64,000 nt of DNA from Octopus vulgaris (taxonomy: Eukaryota), in assembly GCA_951406725.2 (NCBI GenBank), contig OX597828.1:76818001-76882000 (forward strand), given 5' to 3'. The notes beneath the pieces were generated by a model. That model was not told where the DNA came from. It saw only the letters and a list, made by a program, of their open reading frames with translations, and searched no databases. Positions within the stretch are counted from its first letter, which is position 1. Each line of letters opens with the position of its first letter. The translations under genes and the position numbers were made by a program. Below, piece after piece: positions 56,087 to 64,000 of this stretch.

Positions 56087-56630
56087 TATACCTCAACTTA
56101 AGAATAAAAGAAATATATATACACACACAAATATTTCATTCCATAGAATCCATTACGAATCGCCCCATCACAGCTATATCTTCACCCATTCATATTCTCC
56201 CTTCTCTGTTTTTTTCTTCTTCTTCCTCTTCTTCTTCATCATCATCATTATCATCATCATCGTCGTCATCGTCATCACCACCATCATCATCGTCATCTTC
56301 TCCTTCTCCTTCTTCTTCTTCATCGTCATCATCATCGGCACCGTCATCTTCTTCTTCTTCTTCTTCTACTTCTCCACCTTCTACCCCTTAACCTTGTCAC
56401 TAATGTCTTTAAGTATAACGCCTACGCAGCGACTGCCGGTCGCCACTGACCAGCCCAGATTTTCCCACTCCCACCCCCTCAAGAACTCACAACGACCTCG
56501 AATACACAAGTGCAAACAAGGGAGTCAGAGAAAGGCAGAATGCCACCTATATCTGAACACTACTATGGAAGTATTCCTTTAAAAAAACATTTCTTCTAAT
56601 TTTTCTAAATTTTTCTAAATTTAATTATTT

Positions 56631-56683
56631 AATCGTTACAGTTGAAAAGGTCTCAAAATGACCGAAACCGGTACTGAAAGATT
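56631..56683 (+). ncRNA. hammerhead ribozyme (U3-A8 core variant) in PLE 3' UTR
   Basis: AATCGTTACAG-TTGAAAA-GGTC/TCAAAAT/GACC-GAAA-CCGG-TA-CTGAAAGATT; palindromic stem III (ACCGGT) typical of dimer-acting PLE hammerheads. Confidence 0.8.
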
Positions 56684-56754
56684 CACTATAAAATCATCTT
56701 AGCATTTTCTATTTTTGACTTGTTTTTTCATATACATATATATATATACATATA

Positions 56755-57180
56755 CCACACACTAGCACTAACCATTTCCCAGGACCCACACCATCATCCA
56801 CACACCCACATATTACAGACGCGCACCCATCCACACGTCAAAATCACCAGCCCCTATCCACACTTACACACTTACATACTCTCTCATACACACACGCACG
56901 CGCACCTTCGTTTTGGGATCACCAGTAGTTTATTATATCCCCTTCATTCTATCTCTCCTGCTCAACTACCTTTGTCCAACCAGTCACCATGAGTGGACCG
57001 CTAAATCCTCAAGATTTTTTTAAAATTCTCTCTCTGTTTATTTCCTCGTGTTCCTCTCTGTTGAAGAGCGTAGGTTCGAAACGTAAAACACTTTCTCACC
57101 TTCCCGAGCGTCTGACTAATACACCAGCTTGTTGTGTATACACCTGTCCTCGTCTTCTGTGTTACTGTAAATTTCAACCC
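56755..57180 (+). mobile_element. probable old PLE-type 3' end with degenerate hammerhead-like motif
   Basis: CTGTTGA-A-GAGC/GTAG/GTTC-GAAA-CG-TA at 57058-57085; related motifs at 49783-49818 and 46045-46079; ends in TA-rich repeat. Confidence 0.45.
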
Positions 57181-57537
57181 CATACATATATATACTTACA
57201 TATATAGATGTGTGTGTGTGCATGCGTGCGTACACGTGTGTCTGTTTTTGTATTTATAGATTCACCCACAAATATTTACATTATTTTGTAATTACTAAAG
57301 GTTCCTATTTACATTACTAAAGCACTAATGTGCATAATCACATTATACTGTTATACGTAATGGTAATTTTGTAATACTAGAATATTAATATTTCTATTAT
57401 CATCTCAGGCATTGCATTTACAATATCAACAAAATCGTCGACGTTCAATTTTATAAAACATTTCATACTTCCCTAACGAATTATGTAATGTTACAGGCAT
57501 ATTTCTGGTCACGGTGTGATAGAAAACATATACACTT

Positions 57538-57920
57538 TTCTACTCTAGGCACAAAGCCTGAAATTTGTGGGGATGGGGTCAGTCGATTAGATCGACCGCA
57601 GTACGAAACTGGTACTTAATTTATCGACACCGAAAGGATGAAAGGCAAAGTCGGCCTCGGCGGAATTTGAACTCAGAACGTAGCGGCAGACGAAATACCT
57701 ATTTCTTTACTACCCACAAGGGGCTAAACACAGAGAGGACAAACAAGGACGGATAAACGGATTAAGTCAATTATATTGACCCCAGTGCGTAACTGGTACT
57801 TATTTAATCGACCCCGAAAGGATGAAAGGCAAAGGTGACCTCGGCTGAATTTGAACTCAGAACGTAGCGGCAGACGAAATGCCGCTAAGCGTTTCTCCCA
57901 GCATGCTAACGTTTCTGCCT
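57538..57920 (-). mobile_element. two tandem SINE family B units
   Basis: Same dimeric layout as 42594-42990. Confidence 0.85.
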
Positions 57921-58489
57921 TAGAAAACATACATTAACGATGATGATGATCACGACGTAAATAAGTTATTCAAAAGTTACGGCTGTTGCTCTTTCTCTCG
58001 CGGCTCCTGCCCCTGCTGCTGCGGTGTTCGTAGTCACGATGCTGAAGATGATGATGATGATGAGTTGATGATAATGATGATGATGATGACGACGATTAAT
58101 TAATCTATTTTTGTAGTATTAATTAGTTAAAAGAAAAACCTAATTTCAAATGACTAACTATTTATTATAAACCGTGTAACATTTCATTCCGTGTTGCATT
58201 TTCCTGATTCCTTCTTTGATTTTATCAGAAGCGTTTTGCGGATGTGTATTTATAGCTTGCCCAATGTTCGTCTTCAGCTAAATTCCAGCGATGGTGTTTA
58301 CCAAATTTCCAATCTGAAGCTGTAAACCGAAAGTCAAAGCAAACAGAATTTTGCCAAATAAAGGAATAACAAAAAAGACAAAGAAAATTTTATGCGATAT
58401 ATGTTTAAAGGCGAATCTCTGTGTGTGTGTCTATCTATTTATGCGTTATCTCTCTGTAGACTTATGCGTGTTATTGTGTCTGAGTGTGC

Positions 58490-58521
<32 letters not shown>

Positions 58522-58805
58522 TTGTGTGTGCGTGTTAATGTATGTATATGTGTTTGTGTGTGTAATTGCATGCGTGTATATATGTATGTTTATGTATGCA
58601 TAAATATATACACACACACAGAGGCACACACACACACACACATATATACGTATGTATAAAACATTAATATATTTGCATATGTGTATAGATATGCATAGAC
58701 ACATATGTATATGTGTGAGCATATGTATATATGTGCGTACATAAGTCTAAACATATATAGTCATATATATATATATACATAAATATGTATATATATATAT
58801 ATATT

Positions 58806-58853
<48 letters not shown>

Positions 58854-58976
58854 TATCTATATGCGTATGAAGATTTGTATACATGTGTGTGTCTATGTAT
58901 AAACACATATGTATTTTGTATCCATATATATATATATATATATACATAAATGTATATATATATACATAAATGTATG

Positions 58977-59021
<45 letters not shown>

Positions 59022-59110
59022 ATATCTATATGCAGGTGAACATTTGTATACATGCGTGTGTCTATAAATATTTTATATGTATTTTGCATCCATATATATA
59101 TATATGTATG

Positions 59111-59180
<70 letters not shown>

Positions 59181-59826
59181 TCGGAAACATCTTTTCTCTC
59201 AAATTTTACAGCCGCTGCTTTAATCATTTTTGTTTACCTTCTATTAATTTGCCGATTTAAATTATTATTTACTCTATAAAATATGTTTAGTTTATCTCCA
59301 ATATTTGTGTTTTATCGATATTTTTCACAGTGTATTTACCTCGTCATTGAAGTTGAAGCTTTGTCCATATTTTCTATGAAGATATTATAATATTTTAACT
59401 TTGTTACAGTCTTTGTGTTTTATACTCGTATGTGACACTTAAACGAGCGGCAATTTAATGGCGATCGTCTGACGTAAAACTACAGCACTGCCTGGTGCCA
59501 GCCTTTTGTCTCTTATTTTGAACTGGTAACTGTGTCTGGACTGCGGCCGAGCTGGTGCAGTGCCTTGAAGTGCTTGGTCGAGCAAATTTATCCATGTACA
59601 TATTTTAAGCCTGGTACTTATTCTGTCGATCTCTCTCTTTCTCCCCCTCTCTCTCTCTCTCTCTCTCTCTTTTTCTCTCTCTTTCTCTCTCCCCCTCTCT
59701 CTCTCTCTCTCTTGCCGAACCGCTTTATCACAGTGATGTAAAGTAACCATGACAATTTACGAGGCAGAGTTGGTTGACAGAAACATACACGCACACATAC
59801 GTAAATAATACATATATATATGCACG

Positions 59827-59894
<68 letters not shown>

Positions 59895-59898
<4 letters not shown>

Positions 59899-60110
59899 TG
59901 GGTGCTGAAAATTCATGGTTTGGGGTAAAAGAAAATACAGTAGGATCAGTTAATCATGATTTTATTCAACATATTCCTCTCTCAGATTCACACACTTATT
60001 GCAGCGTTCTTTCAGTTTTTCTAAGCTCTGTAATAGAACTCGGAATGTTGGGCCTCCAAGCAGGCCTTACGCTATGCCGTTAAAGCCAATAATCTTCAAG
60101 CACACCCTCG
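59895..60110 (-). mobile_element. mariner-derived MITE with TIRs and TA TSD
   Basis: TA|TGAGTGGGTGCTGAAAA ... TTCAAGCACACCCTCG|TA; internal minus-strand LEKLKERCNKCVNLREEYVE* mariner C-terminus. Confidence 0.75.
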
Positions 60111-60124
60111 TATATGCGTGTGTA

Positions 60125-60156
<32 letters not shown>

Positions 60157-61179
60157 TGTATCACATATGATATAATTATAAACAGGGTACATTTTAGCTA
60201 TTTCTCCGTAGACTGAAAAAAATTATAAACAGCCTTAATCGATTTTCGAACCTTATTGGGTTCCCATTGTGAGTGAATGTGTGTGGAGGACAGATTTACT
60301 TTAGTTCCCTTCATCCAAATCTATTCCCAATGCTTTCGTCGGCCTGGAGCTACAGTAGACCAAATTGAATGCAATGGGATTGAACCCGAAGCGATATGGT
60401 TGGGAAGCGTGCAGCTTCACCACAATTCTGCGCCTGGAAAGCCTCCATCTACTCTGACTTCCTGTCGTATATACGGATATTCTCTTTGAATGCTTTAGTT
60501 TTCATTGCTAACTTCAGTATTCAGGCGATATCTTAAGAACTCTATTCTTTTCGTCGTGTTCGTCATTGAGTACTTAATCGTTATTGAGTTGATTTACATT
60601 CAAATGTATTCCAGCCTGACCCATCCCATCTGTCATTAACTACACCAGAGAAAGGATTTGATGGGCAACTGTCAGCTATTTATATCAGGTCGATCTAAGT
60701 ATAGAACCGTGGCTGCTACTCTGTCATTTTTTTAGTAATTTTCTGTAGAAGGATGAATGTTAATACGTTTATTTTTTGAATTCATTTCTCCATTGCCTTT
60801 TCCTGCAGGTAAAAGATTATCAAATTCTCTCCGCAATATTAATGTTACTTATTCGATTGTATTGTCTGGTAGACAAAACTGATCACAAGTCATCGACATT
60901 GTCTGGCTGTTTATTATTTAATTTTTTCGATCTTTAAAAAGCACAAAATTAGAACCACATTTGCGTTTTCTAAGCAGTTCTATTTTGTTGCAACAAAGAC
61001 AGTGGTTTTGTGAATTTATTTTATGATTTTTCCACATCTACTTCGGAAGTTCAGTCAAATATAGAATTCACTAACGAGGTCATTAGAATTAGGAACGTCT
61101 TCATGATTGTTTCCCGTGAATCTCGAAGTAACAAAATGTTATGAATTGTATTCATTGATTAAAATTATGTTCTTTCACT

Positions 61180-62298
<1,119 letters not shown>

Positions 62299-62312
62299 CA
62301 TCATCATCATCA

Positions 62313-62435
<123 letters not shown>

Positions 62436-62447
62436 GCATCAGCATCA

Positions 62448-62523
<76 letters not shown>

Positions 62524-62525
<2 letters not shown>

Positions 62526-64000
62526 TATGTTTGACTTTTGCTTTATATTTGTACAAGTTGGCTCCAAGTCTCACCCAGAGACCTCAAGAGACAACAGGGT
62601 TGGAAGTTCATGTTGTTGTCATGCCTAGTGTGCCATATATTTGGGGGGTGGGGATGTTGTACTAATGAATGTCTAAAAAAAAAAGTTTTTTTTTTTTTTT
62701 TTTTTTTAAACCGAAAATTATGTTTGTTTTAAACCTTGAGGTTACATAGAGAGTATTTTGCGTAGGATATGAGCAGTTCCCATGAGCACTATCTTTTGAA
62801 CTTCTGCCATTTTGGGGTTTCCTGGTATCTTAGTTAGGTAGCTATCAGCCCCTTTTGCTATCATTCCCAGGGCACCTATGACAACAGGTATTGTTTTAGT
62901 CTTCAGCTTCCACATTTTGCTGATTTCTATTTCAAGATCTTTATATTTGCTCAGTTTTTGGTAGGTCCTGACAGATACGTTTATATCGATTGGGACAGTC
63001 ATATCAATGAGGAGGCATGTTCTTTGTTTGAAGTCTTTCAATATGATGTCTGGCCTATTTGCATCTATCTTCCTGTCAGTTTGAATGGTGAAGTTCCAGA
63101 GGAGTGAGATGTGGTCATTTTCAAGCACTGGGGGTGGTTTGTGTTCCCACCAGTTTTTTTCATGGGGCAAATCCAGGTTTTTACAGATTACCCAGTGAAT
63201 ATATTGTGCAGCTCTATCGTGCCTGTTGAGATACTCTGTAGGCGCTAGAAGACTGCACTTGGAGACCACATGGTCAATGGTTTCATTTTGTTGCTTGCAT
63301 ACACGACACGTTGGACTGCTTCTGATCTTTAATATGTTGGCCTGGTAGTTTCTTGTTGGTAGGCATTGATCTTGAGCTGCTATGATAAACCCCTCTGTTT
63401 CAGATTTTAAGCCAGAGGCCATTAGCCAGTGATGGGTCAGGGCTTTGTCGATATCTGCATTATTCGCTCTCTTTGGGTATTTGCCATAGAGAGGTTTTTC
63501 TTGCCATTTATTATTCAGAATATCTAAGGCCGCAGTTTTGGCACAGGTTTTCATGCGCCTAGCTTTTTCTGTGCTTGTTTCTTGTATGTCTATCTCTAAT
63601 TCCGAAATTGGTTGTATTCGGAATTCACTTAGATATTCCTTTGCCTGTTTTGTGACTGAGTATGATGCTTTCTTGTTTTCATGTTTTGAGACAAGTTTTA
63701 ACATCCAGTCCTCAGAGTTTTTCAGGTAGGTGTCTAGGCCAATTGTAGCAATCTTCATTGTTATTGCCAGTTGCAAAAGACCACGGCCTCCTCTTTTCTT
63801 GGCAGATAGAGTCGTTCTGTATCTGCCTTAGGGTGGTGCATTCTATGCATTGTCAACAGTTTCCTTATTTTTCTGTCGAGCTGACATATTTCAGTAATTG
63901 ACCAGTTAACAATATTGAAACTGTAAGTCACGACTGGTATAGCTAATGCATTGATTGCTTCGATCCTGTTTCTTGCATTCAGCTCTGTCTTGAGTATTGC
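62524..64000 (-). mobile_element. R4/Dong-like RLE LINE (runs off window edge); ORF 62742-63776 = thumb/CCHC/RLE
   Basis: RLYLPRK.GGRGL (frameshifted ~63790), AAQDQCL.TR, CRVC..ETIDHVVSKC, RHD, RPDII..D..LID; 3' end abuts (TAA)n. Confidence 0.93.

Larger units (their letters stand above)
50361..56738. mobile_element. young Neptune-type Penelope-like retroelement as a head-to-head inverted dimer (2.77-kb inverted pseudo-LTR)
   Basis: 50365-53132 is a ~99% reverse complement of 53961-56734, with unique 5' sequence 53133-53960 between. Both outer ends lie next to TA-repeat DNA. Confidence 0.95.

Noticed and set aside
50365-56734. ADAR-type A>G signature between PLE arms
   Set aside because: The differences I tallied are mostly transversions, with no A>G excess.

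Overview
AT-rich, microsatellite-saturated, gene-poor animal genomic DNA. The SINE families and repeat landscape suggest a cephalopod, probably Octopus (inference). No host gene can be confidently called, and almost all listed ORFs are translations of (TA)n/(CA)n/(CTT)n tracts. The real coding content is transposon-derived: a young Neptune-type Penelope-like element (PLE; RT + Cys linker + GIY-YIG) arranged as a ~6.4 kb head-to-head inverted dimer at 50.36-56.74 kb, older PLE fragments, R4/Dong-like RLE LINEs in (TAA)n tracts, RTE, CR1-like and L1/Tx1-like fragments, pogo/mariner remnants and three tRNA-derived SINE families. The most striking signal is a recurring architecture. The autonomous PLE and at least four unrelated short non-coding elements (18.7, 31.5, 37.6-39.0 and 48.7-49.2 kb) are all palindromes with a minimal type I hammerhead ribozyme in each arm and 3' ends pointing outward, mostly into TA-rich DNA. 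One of them carries a tRNA-derived Pol III head, which makes it a candidate PLE-mobilised, ribozyme-bearing SINE. The autonomous PLE also has two overlapping ORFs joined by an in-phase U_UUU_UUA -1 slippery heptamer, and a hammerhead with a compensatory U3-A8 core.
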